The notes beneath the pieces were generated by a model that was not told the DNA's origin, did no database searches, and worked only from the letters and a program-made list of their open reading frames with translations. 38,858 bases of DNA from a virus. Shown piece by piece: positions 31,196 to 38,709 of this stretch. A program made the position numbers and the translations under genes. The DNA is taken from the IMG/VR virus record IMGVR_UViG_3300048904_000120, one strand, 5' to 3'. The first letter of the stretch is position 1. Every line of letters starts with the position of its first letter.

Positions 31196-31838
31196 TGAGA
31201 ACCCCCGCCATCAGCGTTCCGAACTCGTCGCTCGCCTTCCCGTCTCGGTATTCGGGCGGCAACTCCATAACCGAAAGCCCTAGTTTCGCGCCCTTCCGGT
31301 ATGCCGCGCGGTCGACGATCGTCGGGCCTAGTTCGAAGTCTCCCATTTCCCGGATAACGTCGATCGATTCGTCAAGCTCGGCCCTGATGTAGTGCGGAAC
31401 GGCGTTCACGAAGGCGATAGCGCGCACTGGCGCCGTTACCGTCGCCCTTCTCTGCCTGACTATGTGCGCCGTCTGCGCAAGGCTCCAGGCGTCAAATTGG
31501 CCTATCCGCAACGGAATCAGGATTATGTCAGCCAATGCCATCGCGACGCGTGTTTCCATATCGAGGTTCGGCGGGCAGTCGATGACGATGTGATCGAAGT
31601 TCGGCGCGTCAGCAGTGACGGCGTGCCCGTAATTTTGGTCGACCCGCACGACGCTTAGGTTCTGCGGCACTTCGGCGTCGATGCGCAACTGCCCCCACTG
31701 GTACGCGCTGGACTGGTACGGATTGGCGTCGTATAGGCGCACAGAGCCGCCCTGCATGGCGAGCGTACCGGCGACGTTGGTGGCGGTCATTGTCTTGCCG
31801 ACGCCACCCTTCTGCATCACAATCGCTATGATGGTCAT
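31188..31838 (-). CDS. parA: ParA/ParF-type partition ATPase
   Basis: Deviant Walker A MQKGGVGKT. 216 aa. The ATG at 31838 follows GGGGAAGGAA; the track ORF starts at TTG 31886. Confidence 0.85.
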   Translation of the reverse strand: MTIIAIVMQKGGVGKTMTATNVAGTLAMQGGSVRLYDANPYQSSAYQWGQLRIDAEVPQNLSVVRVDQNYGHAVTADAPNFDHIVIDCPPNLDMETRVAMALADIILIPLRIGQFDAWSLAQTAHIVRQRRATVTAPVRAIAFVNAVPHYIRAELDESIDVIREMGDFELGPTIVDRAAYRKGAKLGLSVMELPPEYRDGKASDEFGTLMAGVLNG

Positions 31839-31906
31839 GTTCCTTCCCCTGTTATTGTGCGCAAATCCTAGTTCATACTTGCGCAAACATCAATGGGGGA
31901 AGTGAC

Positions 31907-31932
31907 GCATACGTATGCGCGTGTGCGCACAC
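31907..31932. promoter_or_regulatory. Two adjacent perfect 12-bp palindromes upstream of parA (par operator / centromere candidate)
   Basis: GCATACGTATGC (31907-31918) and GTGTGCGCACAC (31921-31932). TGCGCAAA also occurs twice (31858-31865, 31880-31887). Confidence 0.6.
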
Positions 31933-31938
31933 GTATGA

Positions 31939-32436
31939 CTACACAGCCGCCGTCATCTTGAACCGCTTCGTCTCCTGTCCCGGCAGGATCTTGCGCGTCT
32001 TGCCGGCATTCGCGTCGCGCGTGTACATCTTGCAAGCCCGCACATACTGGCGTCGCCCGACCGTCTCGATAATCTGCTCGTAGACGTGAATCCCGCCATT
32101 CACCGCGCTCAATTCCTCGCCAGTGAATACGTACCGTCCTAGATCGTGCGCGCGCTCTCGAACGCTAATCAGTGCGTTCCGGGCCTCGTTCACGGCGTTA
32201 AGGCCGATGTGACCGTTTTTCGCCATTGCGCATACGTTGACGGCAATGTTCAGACCCACGATCAGCGTGTCCCAATGGTGGGCGTCGCCAAATCCGCGCG
32301 AGAGGGCGACGGCGGCTGCGTGCAGGCCGGTTAGCGTCTCGACGCGCTCACTCTCTGGCATCGGCTCATCAGCGTTGAATAACGACGTGATGAATTCCTT
32401 CTCGACGTACACCTTCCGGTGCGTTCGCTTTCTCAT
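31939..32436 (-). CDS. Hypothetical 165-aa protein (third gene of the unknown operon)
   Basis: Track ORF with ATGA coupling to the upstream gene. Confidence 0.65.
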   Translation of the reverse strand: MRKRTHRKVYVEKEFITSLFNADEPMPESERVETLTGLHAAAVALSRGFGDAHHWDTLIVGLNIAVNVCAMAKNGHIGLNAVNEARNALISVRERAHDLGRYVFTGEELSAVNGGIHVYEQIIETVGRRQYVRACKMYTRDANAGKTRKILPGQETKRFKMTAAV

Positions 32437-32933
32437 TTTCCTTCCTCCCCAGATTGCCTTGCTCGGTCGATGGCGGCGTCGAGCGCTTCCTCGATCGTCT
32501 TGCCGCGTCCGTACAAAAAAAGATCAGTCTTTTCTCGCCGATATTCCGGAAGCGAGAACCACCAACTCACACCTTCCTTGTCTCTCTTCAACGTCACGCT
32601 GCCCGGCGAACCTTGAATAGAGAAATCGCATGCATAGAGGCACCAGCCTTTCGGGATTCGCTCCTGAATGCTTGCATCATCCGGCGTGGGGTGGGTGAAT
32701 TGGTCGATGCCGCTACCGTCGCACGCAAAGCATTCCTGATCCGTGCCAATGTCGGGATCGCGCACCATGCGACCCGTCCCGCCACAACCGCCGCACGGCT
32801 CCTTCCTCTCCGCCAATACGCGGGATTCGTAAAACTCGATCAGCGGTTGCACGGCGCTCAGCAACTGGTCGTCGCCGTGAGTCCTGAGATTCAGGATTGC
32901 CAGATCGAGCGCTGCTTTCTGTTCGTCCGTCAT
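32433..32933 (-). CDS. Hypothetical protein with a DnaJ-type zinc-finger motif pair
   Basis: CGGCGGTG and CFACDGSG (CxxCxGxG, twice). ATGA coupling on both sides. Confidence 0.65.
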   Translation of the reverse strand: MTDEQKAALDLAILNLRTHGDDQLLSAVQPLIEFYESRVLAERKEPCGGCGGTGRMVRDPDIGTDQECFACDGSGIDQFTHPTPDDASIQERIPKGWCLYACDFSIQGSPGSVTLKRDKEGVSWWFSLPEYRREKTDLFLYGRGKTIEEALDAAIDRARQSGEEGK

Positions 32934-34093
32934 TTGCTCGCTCCCTTGGCAATGGCGGCGTCGATCAACTTCTGAACGGAGTTGAACGATTCGTCGAGCG
33001 TGCCGGCGGTATAGATCGCGTGCCTTGCGCTTTGCAGAGCTGTCACCGTGCCGCGTTCTGCATCCTTCTCCATCCCCGCGATCCGCTCGCGCAGCGCGGC
33101 GATCTCGGCGGAGGGGTGGGCGTAGAGCGGCACTTCGACCATATCGGCAGGCGCGAGCTTTTTCAGGTTCTCATCGAGCGGAACGCGGCACAGGTCAACG
33201 CCTCGATGGCTCGTGTACATCCACGCCACCGGCTCCGCCTGCCCCTCACTCGCCCCCGCCGCATCGGCTACCGAACTCGCGGGAGGGGCGGCGAGAGCAA
33301 CACGGGCTTGCCATCCCTCCCAGCGCGCGTTGAGATAGTCGCGTCCCTCTCCGTATGTATCTCCTTCGCGAAGCGCCCTCACATCGTCGGCGGTATGATC
33401 GCTCGCCCATCCGTTTTCATGCATCGATCGGTTCCACACGACGGCGTAATCTGCTTCAAACCGCTCGCGCTCTTGCTCTGCGCTCTGCGCCCCCGCTGTG
33501 TCGGCGTCCGCACGCTCAGGCGTAGGGGCGGCGTCTGTGCCGCAGGTCAAGCAATCGACTTCCCAACAGTGAGGGCACGCCACCGGCTGCGCCCCCGCTG
33601 TGTCGATAGCAGGCTCGCACGGATCGTTGCACGTCTCGGGATCGCCGCAGCAGTGCGCAACGTCGGTCGTGAATGGTGCGCCGTATGGCGCGGAGCGCGG
33701 TAGCTTCGACATAACGAATTCCGCAACCGAGTTGGCTAGCTTGTAATCCGCCGGAATGGTGTATCGACCAAACAGGCCCATCACGATGTCTTGCAAATCG
33801 CCGTCGCTCATGACCTTGCGTCTTGCGGCTTGATGGTTGGCAAACGTCCTCAGAAGTTGAGCCGCGCGAGCACACACCGCGTCGCCTTCGTAATTGCTGA
33901 AGCGGGTTATCCGGTAGCTCATCTCGTCAAGCTGCTCGGCAATATCGAGCGCATCCCTCACATCGTCCTGCTTCGCCCCCGCTGTGTCGGCGATGCTCGC
34001 GGAGAGAATCTCAGCCGCGACGCGTTCGAACGATTGAAGCGAGTCTGCATTGCGCGCCGTATTGAACAACTGGCGGATGAGTTCTTGGGTCAT
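32930..34093 (-). CDS. Hypothetical 387-aa multi-domain protein with a Cys-rich centre and DTAGA(Q/K) repeats
   Basis: Track ORF with SD GGAAAG. Central HCCGDPETCNDPCEP...CPHCWEVDCLTCG. Contains three copies of a 16-bp DNA repeat. Confidence 0.7.
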   Translation of the reverse strand: MTQELIRQLFNTARNADSLQSFERVAAEILSASIADTAGAKQDDVRDALDIAEQLDEMSYRITRFSNYEGDAVCARAAQLLRTFANHQAARRKVMSDGDLQDIVMGLFGRYTIPADYKLANSVAEFVMSKLPRSAPYGAPFTTDVAHCCGDPETCNDPCEPAIDTAGAQPVACPHCWEVDCLTCGTDAAPTPERADADTAGAQSAEQERERFEADYAVVWNRSMHENGWASDHTADDVRALREGDTYGEGRDYLNARWEGWQARVALAAPPASSVADAAGASEGQAEPVAWMYTSHRGVDLCRVPLDENLKKLAPADMVEVPLYAHPSAEIAALRERIAGMEKDAERGTVTALQSARHAIYTAGTLDESFNSVQKLIDAAIAKGASK

Positions 34094-34167
34094 GCTTTCC
34101 TCAAAAATGAAGGGTGGCTAGGCGGCGATGCGCGCGCCAGTGTCTGTCTGCTTTAGATACGACCGAG

Positions 34168-34251
34168 CTATAACGGGCTTCGATCGTGTGTGAAGAAGGC
34201 GGCCACGTAGACGGACGGGCGTAATAAGGCGAAGTGGTAGTAGTTGTGCAT
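34168..34251 (-). CDS. Possible 27-aa leader peptide (MHNYYHFALLRPSVYVAAFFTHDRSPL)
   Basis: The ATG lies 3 nt after CAGAAGGAACC, about 45 nt downstream of promoter 34300-34328. Confidence 0.35.
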   Translation of the reverse strand: MHNYYHFALLRPSVYVAAFFTHDRSPL

Positions 34252-34286
34252 GCTGGTTCCTTCTGTTGTGTGGTTATTGTTGTTCC

Positions 34287-34328
34287 TGCATTGCGATGAA
34301 TAATACCTTGGGCGTATCTGCAATGCAA
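34287..34328 (-). promoter_or_regulatory. Sigma70-like internal promoter TTGCAT-17-TATTAT with two operator-like dyads
   Basis: The -35 is at 34323-34328 and the -10 at 34300-34305. TAATAC-N7-GTATCT lies at 34301-34319, and TGCATTGC (34287-34294) / GCAATGCA (34320-34327) bracket the core promoter. Confidence 0.55.
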
Positions 34329-34340
34329 GCTTCTTCTGTA

Positions 34341-34700
34341 TTATTTTCGCGCGAGTAAACACAGATCGCGGAAGCCGTTCTGCGATCGCTCATAGCCAAC
34401 TAGGTTCTTGCTCATCCATGCGGGCGGTTCGGCGCGCTTCGTCTTGCTGTCGATCGCCTCCCGAAGTTGCTCACCTTCCAATAACTCGAACGTGATGGCG
34501 CCGCGCTTGCTGTTGTTGCGCCAGACCATGCCCTTCTGCACCATCAGATGCAGCGTGTCTCGCACGCAAGCCCGTGGGCGTCCCGGCAGTAGTCCCATCA
34601 CTTCTTCTTGCGAATACGCGCGTCCTGCCTGCATGGCGTCTGCCAGCTCGTGCGGAGATATCGTTTCCGGCTGACGGCCGATGTTGATTGTGTTTTTCAT
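34341..34700 (-). CDS. Hypothetical 119-aa protein
   Basis: Track ORF with ATGA coupling to the upstream gene. Confidence 0.65.
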   Translation of the reverse strand: MKNTINIGRQPETISPHELADAMQAGRAYSQEEVMGLLPGRPRACVRDTLHLMVQKGMVWRNNSKRGAITFELLEGEQLREAIDSKTKRAEPPAWMSKNLVGYERSQNGFRDLCLLARK

Positions 34701-35122
34701 GCTGCCTCAGCTTCCATTTTTCCATCGCGAACGAACTTCCATTCGTCGTATGCGCGATCCCAGGTTGCGAACTTTTCTTCTCTGCTTGCCTTGCCGGCGT
34801 CTAGCCATTGATGGCACCAATGACAGCCCGGAACGGTGTAGGCGTGGTCAGCCTTCAACCCCATTCCTTTGCCGTGCTTGCCCTGGTTGCTATGGCAGGG
34901 GACAACGATATCGGGCGAAGCGTCTCCGCCGCACACGACGCCGAGAAAGCATCGTTCGCCGCGGCACGCTGCAAGGTACTTTGAGCCTTCGGCTACGGTT
35001 GGCTTCTTGATGCGCGACTTCATCGCCGTGCGCTTGATCGTCGTCTTTCGATCGGCCAGCTCGAACGGCTTCGGCTCGGGGCGCTTGAATCCGGTACGCT
35101 TCATCGGTGCGGATCGTTTCAT
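34697..35122 (-). CDS. YbcO / DUF1364-like putative nuclease
   Basis: The C-terminal 141 aa of track ORF 34697-35608. CRGERCFLGVVCGGD...VVPCHSNQGKHGKGMGLKADH...CHWCH. ATGA coupling at 35119-35122. Confidence 0.6.
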   Translation of the reverse strand: MKRSAPMKRTGFKRPEPKPFELADRKTTIKRTAMKSRIKKPTVAEGSKYLAACRGERCFLGVVCGGDASPDIVVPCHSNQGKHGKGMGLKADHAYTVPGCHWCHQWLDAGKASREEKFATWDRAYDEWKFVRDGKMEAEAA

Positions 35123-35532
35123 CGCGCGGCTTCCGATGAACGTACAGTAAGCTGCCAGAAGGGATTGAAGGTTCCGCGCTTGATCGCATCCTTGGCAAGC
35201 AGCAGACCGTACAGCTTGTCCCGGTAGCGCGCAGACGCATCGGCCCGCGCACGTTTTTTGTCGAACTCGACATCGCGCTTGCTGCCTGCGCGGTAGATCG
35301 CCGCAGCGCCGTCGCCGCCACGTCCGCCGACGCGCTGGCTCCAGTCGCAGATATAGACTTGCTTCGGCTTGGCCGTGTGCATGTTGTTGATGTGCTTGCG
35401 TACGCCGCTGACAGACATTCCCATCATGGCCGCGATCTGCGGAACGGTTGCAGGCTCTTTCTGTAACAGTTCGACGATGAGTCGCCTGTTCTGGTAGCGC
35501 GAGCTGTTCGGGTCTTTGGGGCTTCCTCTCAT
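35119..35532 (-). CDS. wHTH DNA-binding protein
   Basis: RRLIVELLQKEPATVPQIAAMMGMSVSGVRKHINNMH. Confidence 0.6.
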   Translation of the reverse strand: MRGSPKDPNSSRYQNRRLIVELLQKEPATVPQIAAMMGMSVSGVRKHINNMHTAKPKQVYICDWSQRVGGRGGDGAAAIYRAGSKRDVEFDKKRARADASARYRDKLYGLLLAKDAIKRGTFNPFWQLTVRSSEAAR

Positions 35533-35927
35533 GCTGCAAATTCCTCGTAACTTGCCGGCGCACTCCAGCGCACGCCTCGTTCGGATCCGAAAGCCTGGAT
35601 AAGCTCACAAAGATCCGAAAACATGCGCTTCGTCATTCGCGACGTGCTCTGTCCGAGCGCAATAAACCCGGTGCCTTCCATGTTCGGAACGACGGTCATC
35701 TTCTGAAGCGACGCACTGAAAAAATCCTTCCACTCAGCAGGCGTCAGCTTGCGGCCGTACCACTCGACTTGATTCGATACGTCCGTCAGGAGCGCCCACA
35801 GGAGCGCGTTTTGATCGTTCGATCGGGTAGGGGCGGAAAGCGTCAGCACATCGCCGTCAGGGCGGCGCTTGAGGCATTCGATCGCGTATGCGCGGCTCGT
35901 CGGCGTAAGGTAGATGGTTTCTTTCAT
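35529..35927 (-). CDS. ninB: NinB (Orf) recombination mediator
   Basis: Strong resemblance to lambda NinB: RSNDQNALLWALLTDVSNQVEWYGRKL...GQSTSRMTKRMFSDLCELIQAFGSERGVRWS. Confidence 0.9.
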   Translation of the reverse strand: MKETIYLTPTSRAYAIECLKRRPDGDVLTLSAPTRSNDQNALLWALLTDVSNQVEWYGRKLTPAEWKDFFSASLQKMTVVPNMEGTGFIALGQSTSRMTKRMFSDLCELIQAFGSERGVRWSAPASYEEFAA

Positions 35928-36301
35928 GCTTTCGCCACCATAACGATGCACTGGCCGCCTTTGACGATTGGCCCGCGGGAAACGTGCAGCTCGTCGATCT
36001 GGCTGTCGTCGTCGAATACGCCTGCGTGCATCAGCGCATCGAGGCCGGCCTTGCAGAAGTTGTCAATGTCGCGCCGGCGCTTATCGCCACCGCAAACACG
36101 CATCGCCACGAACAGACGCGCATCGCCGAATTTCTTCGCGTTGTGCTCGGCTACGATCTCGGCGACGCGCTTGCGAAAGTCTTTGCCCTGCTGCGTGATG
36201 TACATGCCGACTGGCGACTTGCGCCAATAGGCGTTCACGGAAGGCGGGAGGGGGAGCACTAGGATCTGCGATTCCCCGTATAACTGTGATTGGCCTGTCA
36301 T
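35924..36301 (-). CDS. rusA: RusA Holliday-junction resolvase
   Basis: LPLPPSVNAYWR...DKRRRDIDNFCKAGLDALMHAGVFDDDSQI. The ATG at 36301 overlaps the upstream stop. Confidence 0.9.
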   Translation of the reverse strand: MTGQSQLYGESQILVLPLPPSVNAYWRKSPVGMYITQQGKDFRKRVAEIVAEHNAKKFGDARLFVAMRVCGGDKRRRDIDNFCKAGLDALMHAGVFDDDSQIDELHVSRGPIVKGGQCIVMVAKA

Positions 36302-36564
36302 TTCGTGTTCTTCTCGCTGCGGATATACGCCCACAGTTCGCGTTTCGCCGTCTCTGCGGCGCTATCGCCTGCCTTGCCCCTCACGCTCTCGACGATCGCC
36401 TTAGCGCTGCTGTAGTCGCCTCGGCGGCCGTCTCTCACTGCCTGCATGAAACGGCGCAAGCATTCGCCCCTGTCCACGCCTAGCACCAAGGAATCGACCG
36501 GTAATCGACCGTGCGCCGGATCACGTAATGTCTGCGCAACGGCTCGGCCCAAGGATTCGCGCAT
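36298..36564 (-). CDS. Hypothetical protein (start uncertain)
   Basis: Track ORF. The 3' end is ATGA-coupled to rusA, but there is no SD at 36564. An alternative 46-codon ORF (start 36611) overlaps its 5' part. Confidence 0.45.
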   Translation of the reverse strand: MRESLGRAVAQTLRDPAHGRLPVDSLVLGVDRGECLRRFMQAVRDGRRGDYSSAKAIVESVRGKAGDSAAETAKRELWAYIRSEKNTK

Positions 36565-36623
36565 GCAATTTCAAGGTAGCCACCGGACAGCAGCGTTAAG
36601 GTCGTGGACATGGTTGTTCTCGG

Positions 36624-37151
36624 TTACTTGATATCGAGCCTTCTGCCGCGAACTAGCGAGCAGCCCGGCACTTCGAATCCATCTTTCAGCGCCTGCGCGA
36701 TCAGCTTCTTATCCGGCATCGGCTTCGGCGGCTCCGGTTCCGTCTTGTACGCATCCGGGATCAGCGATTCGTCTGCGATCTGAACGCTCGGCGGATTGAG
36801 CGCAATCTTGATGCGGAAGTAGGGCGTATCGATCTTGTCGCGCTGCGCCAGCGTGAGGCCGTCGAGCAGGTACTTGCGGATTCGCTCTGCTCGGTTCTCA
36901 AGCGCCTTCGCGCGCTCGGTCATGGCCTTGGCTGCTTCCTTGATCTGCGCTGCTGTCGACTCCAGGTTGCGAGCGACGAACGCCGTGTTCATGCACTTCG
37001 TTTCCAGATCGCCGCTGATCGCTTCGAGCGTGTCAGCGAACGTCTGGTCGTCCAGGTCCAGGTCTTCGAGCTTCGCCGCATCTGCGCGGTACTCGCTCGC
37101 GATTTCGAAGAGATTGCTCACTACCGGCTCCTTGTTGTCATCGCCAGACAT
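36624..37151 (-). CDS. Siphovirus Gp157-family protein
   Basis: 175 aa. N-terminal acidic coiled coil plus C-terminal YFRIKIALNPPSVQI...IPDAYK...PDKKLIAQALKDG pattern. Confidence 0.6.
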   Translation of the reverse strand: MSGDDNKEPVVSNLFEIASEYRADAAKLEDLDLDDQTFADTLEAISGDLETKCMNTAFVARNLESTAAQIKEAAKAMTERAKALENRAERIRKYLLDGLTLAQRDKIDTPYFRIKIALNPPSVQIADESLIPDAYKTEPEPPKPMPDKKLIAQALKDGFEVPGCSLVRGRRLDIK

Positions 37152-37211
37152 AAAGCATCTGGCGTATCCGTTCTAGAATATTGCCACGAAATAAAGCATT
37201 TCGCGTATTAA

Positions 37212-37421
37212 TCACGCATAAAATTTCGCTATGATCGCTCTGGTGCGATTAAGGTGGTCTTGCTCCATCGGATCGTCCTGCTGGCGCAGCTCTAGGATGA
37301 ATCGCAGCATGTCTCTGCGCATTGTGGCTTCCGCAACGTCGATCTCTGCGATGCGGATCTGTTCGCGGATATGTTCGAGCGAGACGGTGATGACTGGCGT
37401 TGTGTTGTCAAGTTTGTTCAT
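37212..37421 (-). CDS. Hypothetical 69-aa protein
   Basis: Track ORF 37212-37439 trimmed to the ATG at 37421 (SD GGAGAGGGA, ATGA overlap with the upstream stop). Confidence 0.55.
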   Translation of the reverse strand: MNKLDNTTPVITVSLEHIREQIRIAEIDVAEATMRRDMLRFILELRQQDDPMEQDHLNRTRAIIAKFYA

Positions 37422-37651
37422 TTCAGTATCCCTCTCCATTCAAACCCGCCAGCGTGCTCTGCTGCATCGCTCGGCGTCATCTTCAGCGCCTCGGCGCTAC
37501 CCGGCGTGTTCGCCGACATGCCCCACCATGTGCCCGTCCAGTAGCTAAACCACCGCACGATCTTGCCGTTCGCCTTTACTCGCACTTCGTACACGCCGAC
37601 GTGTGCCGGCGTAATGTCTCGCGGGTGCCACTCACTAAGGTTCGCCTCCAT
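37418..37651 (-). CDS. Hypothetical Trp-rich 77-aa protein
   Basis: Track ORF with SD AAGGGGAA. Confidence 0.6.
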   Translation of the reverse strand: MEANLSEWHPRDITPAHVGVYEVRVKANGKIVRWFSYWTGTWWGMSANTPGSAEALKMTPSDAAEHAGGFEWRGILK

Positions 37652-37703
37652 GCTTTCCCCTTGGTGCGCCGCTAGAGCGTGCTAGCGGCGCGGTCATTGT
37701 TCG

Positions 37704-37952
37704 TTAGAAGGGCGGCAGATCGTCGTCGAGGAAGTCGCCGGCCGGTGCAGCCTGCTTCGATCCTGCTTGCTGCTCGTCCTTGCGACGCACCGACAGGCTG
37801 AAGAACTTGCCGGTCGGGCCTTCCTTGACCCAGGCGCTCAGCCAATAGTCGACGCCATCGACGTTGATCTTTCCGGCGTACTCCGGATGCGTGTCTTTCT
37901 CTTTGCGCTGGTTCTTGCCAAGCGTGCCGCGGTTCGTGTTGTCGTATGCCAT
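37704..37952 (-). CDS. 82-aa protein with a DUF736-like core and an SSB-type acidic C-terminal tip (DFLDDDLPPF)
   Basis: It lies directly after erf, where phage ssb genes sit. The tail resembles the bacterial SSB tail DFDDDIPF, but the body is too short for a canonical OB-fold SSB. Confidence 0.6.
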   Translation of the reverse strand: MAYDNTNRGTLGKNQRKEKDTHPEYAGKINVDGVDYWLSAWVKEGPTGKFFSLSVRRKDEQQAGSKQAAPAGDFLDDDLPPF

Positions 37953-37955
37953 GTG

Positions 37956-38570
37956 TTAAGCCTCTACGGTGAGTTCAGCCTTGCGCGCGTCGTAGACGGC
38001 CTTCAGCTGCGGTTGTTGATCCTTGGTGACGCGCTTCCATGCGCCGGCGAAGATGCCTTGAAGCTGCTCGATTTCCTCGCACTCTTTGAGCGCGGTAATG
38101 CAGTCGCTGAGTTCGGACGAATCGATCTGCTTTGTGGCGGGCCCCTTTACGATCGACTTCGCTTCAGGCTTCGCGCCGACGCCGGATCCGGCGTTGCCGT
38201 CGTCATCTGCTTGATAGAGGCCAGTTACAGCGGAAAGGCTGTATCGGCGCAGGTAGGTGAGCGCGGAGCCGAAGCCTTGCGGATCTTGCTTCGGAAGCGG
38301 CGCGACGGCCGTATCCTCCATCCACTGACCAGACTCGTGCATGAGGCGCGTAGTCAGATGCAGCTTCCCGTCATCAGAAGGCGACGGAAGCTGAAGAAAA
38401 ACGATGCCGTTCTCGTTGAGCGGAACCTTGATCGCGTCGATGACCGATTCGAGGTCCGCATACGTGTTCTTGAAGTGCGGGTTTTTTGCGTCCTTCGCCG
38501 CGAAGCGGATGGACTGTTGCGCTTTCAAAAGCGCCGGGGCCAGCTTGTCGATGTTCTCGCTCGTTCGCAT
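37956..38570 (-). CDS. erf: ERF-family single-strand annealing recombinase
   Basis: KNPHFKNTYADLESVIDAIKVPLNENGI...GSALTYLRRYSLSAVTGL. SD AGGAGAA. Confidence 0.85.
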   Translation of the reverse strand: MRTSENIDKLAPALLKAQQSIRFAAKDAKNPHFKNTYADLESVIDAIKVPLNENGIVFLQLPSPSDDGKLHLTTRLMHESGQWMEDTAVAPLPKQDPQGFGSALTYLRRYSLSAVTGLYQADDDGNAGSGVGAKPEAKSIVKGPATKQIDSSELSDCITALKECEEIEQLQGIFAGAWKRVTKDQQPQLKAVYDARKAELTVEA

Positions 38571-38709
38571 GTTCGTTCTCCTGTTGCTCGCGTTCTTCGG
38601 AAATTTGTTGCTGCCACCACTCGGCGCCGTCGCTCATTGGAAAGCCCCTAGGTTCTGCGCTGCCGCCCATGCCCCGTATCCGAAGCAGACGAGCAGCGCG
38701 ATCGTCCAC

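Noticed and set aside
34697-35608. 303-aa ORF taken at full length
   Set aside because: Its N-terminal 162 codons overlap the 137-aa wHTH gene in another frame and are R/Q-rich. Only the C-terminal 141 aa (YbcO-like, starting at 35122 with ATGA coupling) look genuine. Similar trimming was applied to 3639-4511, 11262-12017, 35924-36334, 35529-35951 and 31188-31886.
38374-38709. 111-aa ORF, or its internal MSDGAEWWQQQ... version starting at 38637 and ATGA-coupled to the 30-codon micro-ORF
   Set aside because: It runs about 200 nt into the confidently assigned erf gene in another frame and becomes an R/G-rich nonsense-like sequence. At most a very short peptide could be real.
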